The notes beneath the pieces were generated by a model. It did no database searches. It worked only from the letters and a program-made list of their open reading frames with translations, and was not told where the DNA came from. 64,000 nt of DNA from an uncultured Veillonellaceae bacterium (GTDB taxonomy: Bacteria; Bacillota; Negativicutes; UBA1444): assembly GCA_964521625.1 (NCBI GenBank), contig CAZFSM010000003.1:143801-207800 (forward strand), written 5' to 3'. The position numbers and the translations under genes were made by a program. Below, in pieces: positions 9,804 through 18,791 of this stretch. Each line of letters begins with the position of its first letter. Position 1 is the first letter of the stretch.

Positions 9804-10292
9804 TTATTCTTCGACCAGACAGAAACCTCCCTGACAAAGAGCCAGATCGATATCGGGGCTTTGCTCCATCGGCAGATTGACCCGGGTCACCAGTTTGCAG
9901 TCCGGCCTCATGTAACGGACTTCATGCACGACCAGCCGGTACAGCACCAGCCCGGTAGTATCTTTTTCCGGAAAATACATTTTCATTTCTGGCATCGAGC
10001 CATACATCAAATCGAGCGTTGCCCGAAACACTGGCGATCCGGGGCGAGTTTCGTCGCGCAGTCTGCCAGTGATTGTCAACATTTCCTGATCCTTGCCGAC
10101 CACACACAATTCAATTCGCGGATTCTCCTTGAATTCGGCTACTTTCTTCGTATCAAAGCGGCTAAACAGCCAGATGTGTCCTTCCGGATCAACCCAAGGC
10201 TTCATCGGCCTGACTCTCGGTTGATTACCATCCACGCTGGCGAGAAAAGCCGTTTCCGTTTTCAGTAAACTGAGAACTTCTTGTTCATACAT
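9804..10292 (-). CDS. pyridoxamine 5'-phosphate oxidase family (FMN-binding split-barrel) protein
   Basis: Internal start MYEQEV with GGAGG RBS. The track N-terminal extension lacks an RBS. Split-barrel-like sequence. Confidence 0.55.
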   Translation of the reverse strand: MYEQEVLSLLKTETAFLASVDGNQPRVRPMKPWVDPEGHIWLFSRFDTKKVAEFKENPRIELCVVGKDQEMLTITGRLRDETRPGSPVFRATLDLMYGSMPEMKMYFPEKDTTGLVLYRLVVHEVRYMRPDCKLVTRVNLPMEQSPDIDLALCQGGFCLVEE

Positions 10293-10392
10293 AAATAGCA
10301 CCTCCAATCTTTTAATAATAAATATTCTCCGTTCTGTCAATAATTCCTGCTGAAATTTACAAAAGCCGGGCAAATCGCCCGGCCATGATTTA

Positions 10393-10644
10393 TTACGAAT
10401 GCACCTCTGCGAACAATTCACCCACATCATCAATCAATTCACGCAGCAGGCCTGATTCTTCAGCGCTTAATGTAATTCCCTTCGACATTTTAACATGATT
10501 TTCATCCCATTCGCGAATGTCCAGTTTTGCTGGCCGGTCATTCCAGCTGACCATGTTAACCTCCTTCTTCCACCCTTTCGTTCCCTCAGCCAGTACGCCG
10601 ATATGGCGCATGATCGAGAATCGGAACTCTTTGTTTTCTTCCAT
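10393..10644 (-). CDS. YdbC-like (PC4-type) small nucleic-acid-binding protein
   Basis: FRFSIMRHIGVL...VSWNDRPAKLDIREWDENHVKMSKGITL resembles the YdbC/PC4-like family as I recall it. Start MEENKEF with AAGGGAAG RBS. Confidence 0.4.
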   Translation of the reverse strand: MEENKEFRFSIMRHIGVLAEGTKGWKKEVNMVSWNDRPAKLDIREWDENHVKMSKGITLSAEESGLLRELIDDVGELFAEVHS

Positions 10645-10721
10645 TGTGGTCGCTTCCCTTCGTCGCGGCTTAGTACCGCATATATACGCCACCTCATAGT
10701 GACGCAAGATCCGTTGTCAGT

Positions 10722-11981
10722 TTACCTCGTTGGCCTTTCATATACGATCTGTCCGCGCTTGACCACCGTCGTTACGCAATTCATGCCGGCGTGATAGGGC
10801 AAGTATAAATGGGAGGGGTGTTCCAGGAGAAGAAAATCGCCTTGTTTCCCCGGTTCCAGACTGCCTACCCGGTCGGCCCGACCTACCGCCGCTGCCGCAT
10901 TGATCGTCAGCGCTGTCACGATTTCCGCCGGTGTCATCTGCATATAGAGCGCAGCCAGGGCAATCACCAGCGGGATCGATTCGCTAAAACAGCTGCCGGG
11001 ATTAAAATCAGTCGCCAGTGCAACCGGTACGCCGCTGTCAATCATGAACCGGGCCCGGGCATAGGGTTCCCGCAGGCAAAACGCGGTCGCCGGCAACAAT
11101 ACCGCAATAACGCCCGCCTCCCCCATCCGCTTTATCCCCGTATCGGAGGCATGTAACAAATGCTCTGCCGACAACGCACCGATTTCTGCCGCCAGTTCAG
11201 CGCCGCCGAGCGTAACGATTTCATCGGCATGGACCTTGGCCTTTAGCCCCAGCGCCTGCGCCGCAGTCAATAACCGACGCGACTGTTCCACTGAAAACAC
11301 GCCTTTTTCACAAAACACATCACAGAAATCGGCCAGTCGCCGTTCTGCGACCAAGGGCAGTACGTCACTGAGCAAGTAATCGACAAAAACATCGGTCCGG
11401 CCTTTATATTCGGCGGGAATTGCGTGCGCCCCCATGAAGGTGCTTACCACATCCAGCGGGTGCTGCTGGTCCAGCTCCGCCATCACGGCCAGTTGTTTCA
11501 GCTCCGTCGCCGCATCCAGGCCGTAGCCGCTTTTGCCTTCGACGGTAGTCACACCAAACGTCAGCATCGAATCCAGCCGCTGCCGACCGACTGCCAACAG
11601 TTCCTCCGCTGATGCCTGCCGGGTGGCCCGGACGCTGTTCACGATGCCGCCACCCCGTTCCATGATCTCCATATAGGTATCGCCGCGCAGGCGCCAGGAA
11701 AACTCTTCGGCCCGATGTCCGGCAAACAGGAAATGGGTATGCGGATCAACAAAACCGGGCAACACACAGCGACCAGCCGCATCAATCTCCTGGTCAGGTT
11801 TGACAGTCAACCCGGCAAGGATTTCGCGGGTCGTGCCCACCTGCCGGATGATCCCGTCTTCCAGCCAGAGCGCGCCATCTTCAATAATGCCGATATCCTG
11901 CATGGCAACGCCGCACTTCGGTCCACTACCACGACAGGTCACCAACTCTGCTGCATTTTTCAGCAGTAACGTCTTTGCCAT
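10722..11981 (-). CDS. hutI: imidazolonepropionase
   Basis: 419 aa amidohydrolase with the HutI-typical DPHTHFLFAG motif. Start 2 nt after the upstream ABC ATPase stop, so an operon. Confidence 0.85.
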   Translation of the reverse strand: MAKTLLLKNAAELVTCRGSGPKCGVAMQDIGIIEDGALWLEDGIIRQVGTTREILAGLTVKPDQEIDAAGRCVLPGFVDPHTHFLFAGHRAEEFSWRLRGDTYMEIMERGGGIVNSVRATRQASAEELLAVGRQRLDSMLTFGVTTVEGKSGYGLDAATELKQLAVMAELDQQHPLDVVSTFMGAHAIPAEYKGRTDVFVDYLLSDVLPLVAERRLADFCDVFCEKGVFSVEQSRRLLTAAQALGLKAKVHADEIVTLGGAELAAEIGALSAEHLLHASDTGIKRMGEAGVIAVLLPATAFCLREPYARARFMIDSGVPVALATDFNPGSCFSESIPLVIALAALYMQMTPAEIVTALTINAAAAVGRADRVGSLEPGKQGDFLLLEHPSHLYLPYHAGMNCVTTVVKRGQIVYERPTR

Positions 11982-11983
11982 GT

Positions 11984-12685
11984 TTATCCCCCCAGATAGG
12001 CCCGGCGAACCGCATCGTCACCACGCAGGTCAGCGGCGGCGCCAGATAATACAATATGCCCTGTTTCCAGCACATAGCCACGATGCGCCACACCCAATGC
12101 CTTGCGGGCGTTCTGTTCCACCAGCAAAATTGTGGTTCCCGTTTCGCTCAATTGTTTCAACACTTCAAAACAGCGGTTGACCAGAATCGGCATCAACCCC
12201 ATCGAGATTTCATCCACCAGCAATAGTTCCGGTTCGAGCATCAGGGCCCGGCCAATCGCCAGCATCTGCTGCTCCCCGCCGGACATGGTCCGCGCCGCTT
12301 GATTCATCCTTTCACCCAGCCGGGGGAAAATCGATACGACATGCTCCACCCGTCGCGGCAAGTCAGCCGGGGGCTCGACCCAACCGCCAATACGCAGGTT
12401 TTCCGCTACCGTCAGCTCACCAAACACCCGCCGCCCTTCCGGCACATAAGCGATTTTCAGGCCGGCGCGCTCCCACGGTTTACTTTTACTGATGTCTTTG
12501 CCTTTGAACAACAAACTGCCGGATGAAACCGGCACCAAGCCCATGATCACTTTCATCAGGGTGCTTTTGCCTGCGCCATTGGCACCGATAATACTGACGA
12601 ACTCACCAGTTTTTACATCGATCGATACATCATACAATACCTGCGAATGCCCGTAATGGGCGGATAAATTACGAATTTCCAGCAT
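11984..12685 (-). CDS. branched-chain/amino-acid ABC transporter ATP-binding protein, LivF-type
   Basis: Walker A GANGAGKST and LSGGEQQML signature; 233 aa. Confidence 0.85.
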   Translation of the reverse strand: MLEIRNLSAHYGHSQVLYDVSIDVKTGEFVSIIGANGAGKSTLMKVIMGLVPVSSGSLLFKGKDISKSKPWERAGLKIAYVPEGRRVFGELTVAENLRIGGWVEPPADLPRRVEHVVSIFPRLGERMNQAARTMSGGEQQMLAIGRALMLEPELLLVDEISMGLMPILVNRCFEVLKQLSETGTTILLVEQNARKALGVAHRGYVLETGHIVLSGAAADLRGDDAVRRAYLGG

Positions 12686-13452
12686 CAGTCGGCCTCCTCG
12701 GCTTCGCCCAGATAGGCGTCAATGACAGCCTGGTTGTTTTGCACTTCCTGCGGCGTCCCTTCGGCAATTTTCACCCCGTAGGACAGTACCGTCATTCGGT
12801 CGCATAATGCAGTGGCCACAGCCATATTATGTTCCACCAGCATGATCGTCGTGCCGGCAGCACGCAATTTATGCACCAGTGCCAAAAAATCCTGCGTCGC
12901 ATCTTTCGACAATCCGGCGCACGGTTCGTCCAGCATCAGAAGGACCGGCTCCAGCGCCAGCGCACGGGCGATTTCCAGCCGCCGCATATAACCCAGACTG
13001 AGGTCGCCGGCTTTAACTTTGGCGAATGCGGCAATATCAACCCGTTCCAGATATTCCATCACTTCGGCCATATTCTGCCGGGTATGGCTGCGCCGCAGAC
13101 TGGATAACAAGCTGGGGGATCGTTTCAGCGCAAAGGCAGCTAACAGATTATCTTCCACGGTCATATCCTTGAACACTTTGGTGATCTGAAAAGTACGGGC
13201 GATCCCCTTTCGCGCCACTGCATGGGCCGGCAAGCCTTGAATTGCCTCGCCATTTAGTAGGATTGTCCCTTCGGTCGGCGTATAAAAGCCGCATACCATA
13301 TTAAAGAAAGTCGTTTTGCCAGCGCCATTTGGCCCGATTAATCCCAGCGTTTCACCGCGGTGCAACGTCAGATCGACGCCGTCGACTGCTTTCAGGCCGC
13401 CAAAATACTTTTTTAGTCCACTGACTTTTAGCAATACTTCTGACTCAGCCAC
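12685..13452 (-). CDS. amino-acid ABC transporter ATP-binding protein, LivG-type
   Basis: GPNGAGKTT and LSLGYMRRLEIARAL. Probable GTG start at 13452 just after the permease stop. The track N-terminus overlaps the upstream permease. Confidence 0.8.
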   Translation of the reverse strand: MAESEVLLKVSGLKKYFGGLKAVDGVDLTLHRGETLGLIGPNGAGKTTFFNMVCGFYTPTEGTILLNGEAIQGLPAHAVARKGIARTFQITKVFKDMTVEDNLLAAFALKRSPSLLSSLRRSHTRQNMAEVMEYLERVDIAAFAKVKAGDLSLGYMRRLEIARALALEPVLLMLDEPCAGLSKDATQDFLALVHKLRAAGTTIMLVEHNMAVATALCDRMTVLSYGVKIAEGTPQEVQNNQAVIDAYLGEAEEAD

Positions 13453-14335
13453 GCCGCTCGCCTCCTTTGCCGCGTTTCCAAAGATCAGCCCATTTTCGGC
13501 GCAGGTAGCTGTCATCGCCTACCAACCCCTGCGGTTGGAATCGCATCATTAAAACCAGTAAACCGCCGTAAACCAACATGCGGTAATCGGAAACAAACCG
13601 GAACACTTCCGGCGAAAGAGTCAGGATAATCGCGCCAATCAAAGGTCCGCTGACCGTACCCAAGCCGCCAAGGACCGCCATCGAAAGGACGCCGACTGAA
13701 ACCGGGAACGAAAAATCCGTGGAAGAAATGAAGCCCATAAAGTGGGCATATACGCTCCCGGTCATGCCGGCGATAAAGGTACCGATGCCAAAGGCAAACA
13801 CTTTGTAATGATCGGGATTAATCCCCAGCGATGCGGCCGCCTCTTCCTCGTTGCGCACGCCGCCAAGCGCCAGGCCCAGCCAGGATGTCGGCAGGTGCCG
13901 CATGAACAGATAGACCAAAACATTCAGGATAACCAGCATAATCAATATCTCCGTATTACCGAACCGCAAGCCGAAAATTTCCGGCTTGGGTACCGCTAAT
14001 CCCAACGAGGCGCCGAATAGTTCCACGTATTGAAAAATCGCAACTACGACAAAATTGATGCCGATAGTGGTAACCGCCAAAAAATCTTCGCGCACCCTCA
14101 CGCTAAACAAGCCCAGCAAAACGCCGACCAAAGCCGCCACCAACCCGGCAGCAGGCAGTGCCAGCAAAAACGGCCAACCCGCCTTGGCAGTCAGCAATGC
14201 CGAAGTGTAAGCGCCGATTCCGTAGAAGGCCGCATGGCCGAGCGTCGGTTGTCCGGCAAACCCGGTAATAATATTCAGACTCATGGCCAGCAGCATCGCC
14301 AGCCCGATATTGATCGCAATGACCTGTTCGTACAT
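13445..14335 (-). CDS. amino-acid ABC transporter permease, LivM-type
   Basis: Polytopic membrane protein of the LivM/BPD family. Confidence 0.8.
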   Translation of the reverse strand: MYEQVIAINIGLAMLLAMSLNIITGFAGQPTLGHAAFYGIGAYTSALLTAKAGWPFLLALPAAGLVAALVGVLLGLFSVRVREDFLAVTTIGINFVVVAIFQYVELFGASLGLAVPKPEIFGLRFGNTEILIMLVILNVLVYLFMRHLPTSWLGLALGGVRNEEEAAASLGINPDHYKVFAFGIGTFIAGMTGSVYAHFMGFISSTDFSFPVSVGVLSMAVLGGLGTVSGPLIGAIILTLSPEVFRFVSDYRMLVYGGLLVLMMRFQPQGLVGDDSYLRRKWADLWKRGKGGERRG

Positions 14336-14345
14336 AGGAGCCCCC

Positions 14346-15218
14346 TTATGACGTACGGCGTCGGCCCAGTAGTCCCTGTGGCCGCCAGAGCAGAATCAGA
14401 ATCAACACGACGAATGCAATCGCATCGCGGGGCAGGAAAAAACCGATATAGCCACCGATCAGAGTTTCGGCCATACCGATGACCAGCGCCGCCAGGACAG
14501 TTCCCAGTGGATTGCCCAGTCCGCCCAACACGATCACGGCAAGCATTTTATATGCTGGAACATCGCCCATTGTCGGATAGACGGAATTATAGAGGATGCC
14601 GACCAAAATCCCGGCCACAGCGGCAAATCCATAGCCGAGAATAAAATTGAAGGCAACAACCCGGTTGGTATTGATCCCCATCGCCTTGGCAGTTTCCAGA
14701 TCCTGCGCCGTGGCCCGCCAGGCCAATCCGATCGGCGAGCGGTTAAGCAACAACCACAAGATCAGCAACAAAACAGCTGTAGCCGCCAAAATCAAAAACC
14801 AGGTCCCGTATAAAGTAAGATGCAAGGAGGGGAACTGAATGGAAGGCAATAGCGTACCAAAATTCAGTTCTCTGGCCTGCGGTCCCCCCACCAGCCGCAA
14901 GAAGTCCTGCAGGAAAATAAACAGGCCGATTCCGGCAATCAACGAAACATTGGGCGACTTATTCATCAATGGTGCGTAGAGAAATTTTTGTACTATAAAC
15001 CCGAAGGCAGCAGTCAGGACAACTCCCGCCACCAAGGCAAACAAGGGACTGCCGGTCTGCAGCAGAAAGAAAAACGCCACATAAGCACCGATCGCATAAG
15101 CGCCGGCGTTGGAAATATCGAGAATCCGCATGATGCCATACACCAGCGTCGCGCCCATCGCCGTCAGCGCATAAACGCTGCCGACCACAATCCCGTTGAT
15201 GATCTGCTGAACTAACAT
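14346..15218 (-). CDS. amino-acid ABC transporter permease, LivH-type
   Basis: Polytopic membrane protein of the LivH family. Confidence 0.8.
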   Translation of the reverse strand: MLVQQIINGIVVGSVYALTAMGATLVYGIMRILDISNAGAYAIGAYVAFFFLLQTGSPLFALVAGVVLTAAFGFIVQKFLYAPLMNKSPNVSLIAGIGLFIFLQDFLRLVGGPQARELNFGTLLPSIQFPSLHLTLYGTWFLILAATAVLLLILWLLLNRSPIGLAWRATAQDLETAKAMGINTNRVVAFNFILGYGFAAVAGILVGILYNSVYPTMGDVPAYKMLAVIVLGGLGNPLGTVLAALVIGMAETLIGGYIGFFLPRDAIAFVVLILILLWRPQGLLGRRRTS

Positions 15219-15308
15219 GATCTCCCTCCTGTCGACTAGGCAAAAAGAATACGGAAGGGGCCGGTTGCGCCAAACGCGCCCGGCGCCTTCCGCGCATGAA
15301 TCTGGATT

Positions 15309-16496
15309 TTATTTGTCAGGAGGCGTGATGATATCAGCGTCGGTGATTTCTCCATAATAGGTGAATGCACCGTTTTTAACAACCTGGACCTGAACGTTCT
15401 TTGTTACTTCGCCCAGTTTGTTGTAGCCTTTAATCAGGCCGGTCGCCGCTTCAAAGTCTTTAATCTTGTAAATTCCATCTTTGATTTTATCCGGTTCAGC
15501 GCCGTTTTTGCGCATAGATTCGGCCAGCACCATGAAACAGTCGTAAGTGGATGCCGCTACCATATCGGGCGCATGTTTGGCCATTTCGGTATAATCCTTG
15601 ATGAACTCCTGGGTCGCTTTCAACTTGGAATCGCGGTTCAGGTTGGTGGTGATGATGATGCCGTCCGCCGTTGCCCCGGAAACCTTGAGGAACTCCATCG
15701 TGGAGTCGATACCTTCGGTGCCGAGCATCTGGATACCGAGGTTCAGCTCTTTGGCCTGGCGGGCGATCTGGGCGCCGGTTCCTGAATAGGTCGGCATATA
15801 AATCAAGTCCGGTTTCAGTTGCTTGATTTTTGTCAGTACCGGATTGAACTCTTTTTCCACCATCGTGAATTTATCACGCGAAACCACTTTGCCGCCTTTG
15901 GACTCGAAATATGCGGCAAACGAGTCAGCCAGGGTCGTGCCGAAGTCATTGTCTACGTTGAGAATCGCCACGGTTTTCGCTTTCAGCATGTTCACTGCAA
16001 CAAAAGCGCCTGCTTTGCCCTGGGCCGTACCGACGAACGATTGACGGAACACGTAGTCGCCGCCTTTAGTGATATCAGGATGCAAGGCATAGGCAGCAAT
16101 CATCGGGATTTTGGCGTTTTCGAAAATCGGCGCGGCCGCGCGGGTCGTATGGCTATAGGAGCCGGAAACCGCAGCAACAACGCCGTCCTTAGTGGTCAGT
16201 TTTTGGGCAATACTCACCGCTTCCTGCGGTTTCAAGTTATCGTCATAGGCAACCAATTCAACCGGACGACCGTTGATGCCGCCGGTTTTATTGATTTTTT
16301 CTACGGCTAGTTTTGCCGCTTTGGTGACACTATCGCCATCCGCCGCTGCCGGGCCGGTTACCGGCGCAAAAAAACCAATCTTGATCGGGGCCTTATTCTC
16401 GGCAGCCGGCTTCTTGTCGCCGCCGCCACATCCGGATAGAATCAGGCTGAGCGCAAGGACACAAACAAGTAACGAGACTGTCATTTTGTTTTTCAT
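15309..16496 (-). CDS. ABC transporter substrate-binding lipoprotein, Leu/Ile/Val-binding protein family
   Basis: Lipobox LSGCGGG; Peripla_BP_6-like sequence. Confidence 0.8.
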   Translation of the reverse strand: MKNKMTVSLLVCVLALSLILSGCGGGDKKPAAENKAPIKIGFFAPVTGPAAADGDSVTKAAKLAVEKINKTGGINGRPVELVAYDDNLKPQEAVSIAQKLTTKDGVVAAVSGSYSHTTRAAAPIFENAKIPMIAAYALHPDITKGGDYVFRQSFVGTAQGKAGAFVAVNMLKAKTVAILNVDNDFGTTLADSFAAYFESKGGKVVSRDKFTMVEKEFNPVLTKIKQLKPDLIYMPTYSGTGAQIARQAKELNLGIQMLGTEGIDSTMEFLKVSGATADGIIITTNLNRDSKLKATQEFIKDYTEMAKHAPDMVAASTYDCFMVLAESMRKNGAEPDKIKDGIYKIKDFEAATGLIKGYNKLGEVTKNVQVQVVKNGAFTYYGEITDADIITPPDK

Positions 16497-16677
16497 AATA
16501 CCCCTCCTTGAAATCCTGTTACGTCGAAACTTAGATATTAGGATTTATTCCGCTTCGACACAATAAATCCTGCTATCTATAAAAATATTTGTTTCGTTTG
16601 ACTATCAATGCATTAACTTCTTCATCCAGAATCATCACTAGCAAAACTTTCTATCAATTCCAACTGTTGATTTTCCC

Positions 16678-16706
16678 TTGACAAGTTGTTTTGCTGCTGC
16701 TATTCT
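16678..16706 (+). promoter_or_regulatory. sigma-A type promoter: TTGACA, 17-nt spacer, TATTCT
   Basis: Consensus -35 at 16678..16683 and a -10 at 16701..16706 upstream of amtB. Confidence 0.5.
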
Positions 16707-16737
16707 TTACACAAAGAATTTATTATCTTTGGCAATG

Positions 16738-16768
16738 AAGCCTTCGCATTCGTGCGAAGGCTTTTTCT
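16738..16768 (+). terminator. intrinsic terminator inside the amtB-glnK 5' leader (putative attenuator)
   Basis: AAGCCTTCGCA-ttcg-TGCGAAGGCTT followed by TTTTTCT. Located about 25 nt after the predicted TSS and about 90 nt before the amtB start. Confidence 0.45.
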
Positions 16769-16855
16769 GTTCAAAAGCGGACAATGACGTCCTGTGGCTA
16801 TTAGCCCAGGCGTTTTCTTTTTATCGCAATTTATTTGAAGAAGGAAGGGAAAGTA

Positions 16856-18280
16856 ATGAAAAAGCATTTATCGTCACTCGCCAGTTTCGCTTTGGTTCTC
16901 CTCGCCGCCCTGCCTGTCGCCATGGCGGCGGACGCAACCCCGCCCGCAAAAATCGATACCGGCGACACGGCCTTCGTGTTGATCAGCGCGGCGCTTGTCC
17001 TTTTGATGACACCTGCTCTGGCACTTTTTTACGGCGGCATGTGCAGGACGAAAAACGTCCTCAGTACAATCATGCAAAGTTTCTTCATTATCGGCGTAAT
17101 CTCCGTGCAGTGGGTATTATTCGGTTATTCTTTAGCTTTCGGGCCCGACATCAATCATTTTATCGGCAACCTCGACTGGGTTGGCCTGACTGGAGTCGCC
17201 AACACGCCTAATGCCGATTATGCGGCGACCATTCCTCACTCCACGTTCATGATCTTTCAGGGCATGTTCGCCGTGATTACCCCCGCTCTGATTACCGGCG
17301 CTTTTGCCGAACGGATGAAGTTCTCCGCTTTTGCCATCTTCACCATCGTTTGGGCCACCTTGGTATATGATCCGGTTGCCCACTGGGTCTGGGGCGTCGG
17401 TGGCTGGTTGCGCGAAATGGGCGTACTCGACTTTGCCGGCGGCACTGTCGTCCACATCATTTCCGGCGTATCCGGACTGGTCATCGCTCTGATGATTGGC
17501 AAACGCAAAGGGTTCGGCAGTGAAGTGATGCTGCCGCATCACTTGCCAATGACGGTGCTCGGCGCCGGTTTGCTCTGGTTCGGTTGGTTTGGATTCAATG
17601 CCGGCAGTGCGCTCAGTGCCAATGAACTCGCCTCTAACGCTTTTGTCGTCACTCATGTTTCTGCTGCCGCAGCAACCGTTTCCTGGGTGCTGGTCGAATG
17701 GATGATGCACGGCAAACCGACCGTTCTCGGCGCAGCCAGCGGTTGCATTGCCGGTTTGGTTTCGATCACGCCGGCTGCCGGTTTTGTCAGCCCGCTTTCC
17801 GCGGTGGCCATCGGTTTGCTCGGCGGTGTGATCTGTTATCTAGCAGTCAGCGTAGTCAAAGCAAAGCTTGGTTACGACGATTCACTTGACGCATTTGGCG
17901 TGCATGGTGTCGGCGGCGCCTGGGGCGCTCTGGCAACCGGCCTGTTCGCTTCCAAAGCGGTGAACGAAGCCGGCGCTGACGGATTGTTTTTTGGTAACGC
18001 TGCCCAATTCACGACTCAATTGATCGGAGTTGCCGTCAGTTGCCTGTTTGCTGCTGTCATGACTTTCGTTATAATTAAAGCCATGGGGCTGATGATGGAT
18101 ATTCGGGTCAGCGAAACGCAGGAAATGCAAGGACTGGATATCACCGAACATGGCGAACGCGGCTATTCCTACCAGGACCTTGTCACTGGTTCTCCGGTCA
18201 GCTTTGCTTCAGTCGGGCTTGGATCCATCGCCGTGGCCCCAAACGATTATGGCCTAACGGCAAATAAGCAGGAGGGTTAG
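16856..18280 (+). CDS. amtB: ammonium transporter
   Basis: Amt family throughout, including the conserved D..FVLISAALV motif. Second ATG at 16856 carries the GAAGGAAGGGAAAG RBS. Confidence 0.9.
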   Translation: MKKHLSSLASFALVLLAALPVAMAADATPPAKIDTGDTAFVLISAALVLLMTPALALFYGGMCRTKNVLSTIMQSFFIIGVISVQWVLFGYSLAFGPDINHFIGNLDWVGLTGVANTPNADYAATIPHSTFMIFQGMFAVITPALITGAFAERMKFSAFAIFTIVWATLVYDPVAHWVWGVGGWLREMGVLDFAGGTVVHIISGVSGLVIALMIGKRKGFGSEVMLPHHLPMTVLGAGLLWFGWFGFNAGSALSANELASNAFVVTHVSAAAATVSWVLVEWMMHGKPTVLGAASGCIAGLVSITPAAGFVSPLSAVAIGLLGGVICYLAVSVVKAKLGYDDSLDAFGVHGVGGAWGALATGLFASKAVNEAGADGLFFGNAAQFTTQLIGVAVSCLFAAVMTFVIIKAMGLMMDIRVSETQEMQGLDITEHGERGYSYQDLVTGSPVSFASVGLGSIAVAPNDYGLTANKQEG

Positions 18281-18283
18281 CCG

Positions 18284-18661
18284 ATGAAAACAATGACGAA
18301 GATTGAAATTATCACGCGGCCAGAAAAGCTTGAGGCGCTCAAAGATGCGATGAACAAGATCGGCGTGACCGGTATGACCGTCACCCAAGTTCTAGGTTAT
18401 GGTCTGCAGAAAGGACATCGTGAAGTCTACCGAGGGACTGAATACAACGTCAACCTTGTACCGAAAGTCAAAATCGAAATCGTCGTTTGCGAAGTTCCTG
18501 TCGACAGTGTAATCGAAACCGCGAAAACAGTGTGTCGCACCGGCAATGTCGGTGATGGAAAAATATTCGTTTATGGCATCGACAATGCCGTCCGTATCCG
18601 GACCGGCGAAGAAGGTGACAGCGCCATCATTGACCCCGCCGATATCCATAAATTGAAATAA
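18284..18661 (+). CDS. glnK: nitrogen regulatory protein P-II
   Basis: 112-aa PII core with the T-loop region YRGTEY. nrgAB-like order downstream of amtB. Confidence 0.9.
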   Translation: MKTMTKIEIITRPEKLEALKDAMNKIGVTGMTVTQVLGYGLQKGHREVYRGTEYNVNLVPKVKIEIVVCEVPVDSVIETAKTVCRTGNVGDGKIFVYGIDNAVRIRTGEEGDSAIIDPADIHKLK

Positions 18662-18676
18662 TCATCTCCCTTCTCC

Positions 18677-18721
18677 CTCTTCCCCTTCCCCCTCTTCCCC
18701 TTCCCCCTCTTCCCCTTCCCC
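18677..18721. repeat. perfect 3 x 15-nt tandem repeat (CTCTTCCCCTTCCCC), pyrimidine-only on the plus strand
   Basis: Seen directly in sequence between the glnK stop and its terminator. Confidence 0.7.
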
Positions 18722-18727
18722 CCACAA

Positions 18728-18768
18728 GAAACCCTCTGCCAATTTTGGCAGAGGGTTTCTTGTTTTTT
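18728..18768 (+). terminator. rho-independent terminator of amtB-glnK
   Basis: 13-bp perfect stem GAAACCCTCTGCC/GGCAGAGGGTTTC with loop AATTTT, then TTGTTTTTT. Confidence 0.75.
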
Positions 18769-18791
18769 CCATGACATTATTTTTCCTTATG

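Noticed and set aside
9804-10433. Long N-terminal extensions of track ORFs (also 531..1256, 1724..2728, 24668..25582, 55138..55905, 56484..57383, 59695..60984, 60996..61952)
   Set aside because: The extensions overlap upstream genes or terminators and lack an RBS. Internal Met/GTG starts with GGAGG-like RBSs give products matching family N-termini.
16640-16720. TnrA/GlnR box (TGTNAN7TNACA) upstream of amtB
   Set aside because: TGT...ACA pairs are present, but the spacing is 2 nt too long. No acceptable match was found.
18677-18721. Possible CRISPR-like array
   Set aside because: Only three directly abutting 15-nt units with no spacers. Not CRISPR architecture.
18571-18777. Minus-strand ORF encoding KGKRGKGKRGKGKRE repeats
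   Set aside because: It is the translation artefact of the 3 x 15-nt CT tandem repeat and the glnK terminator. It has no RBS and overlaps the terminator hairpin.
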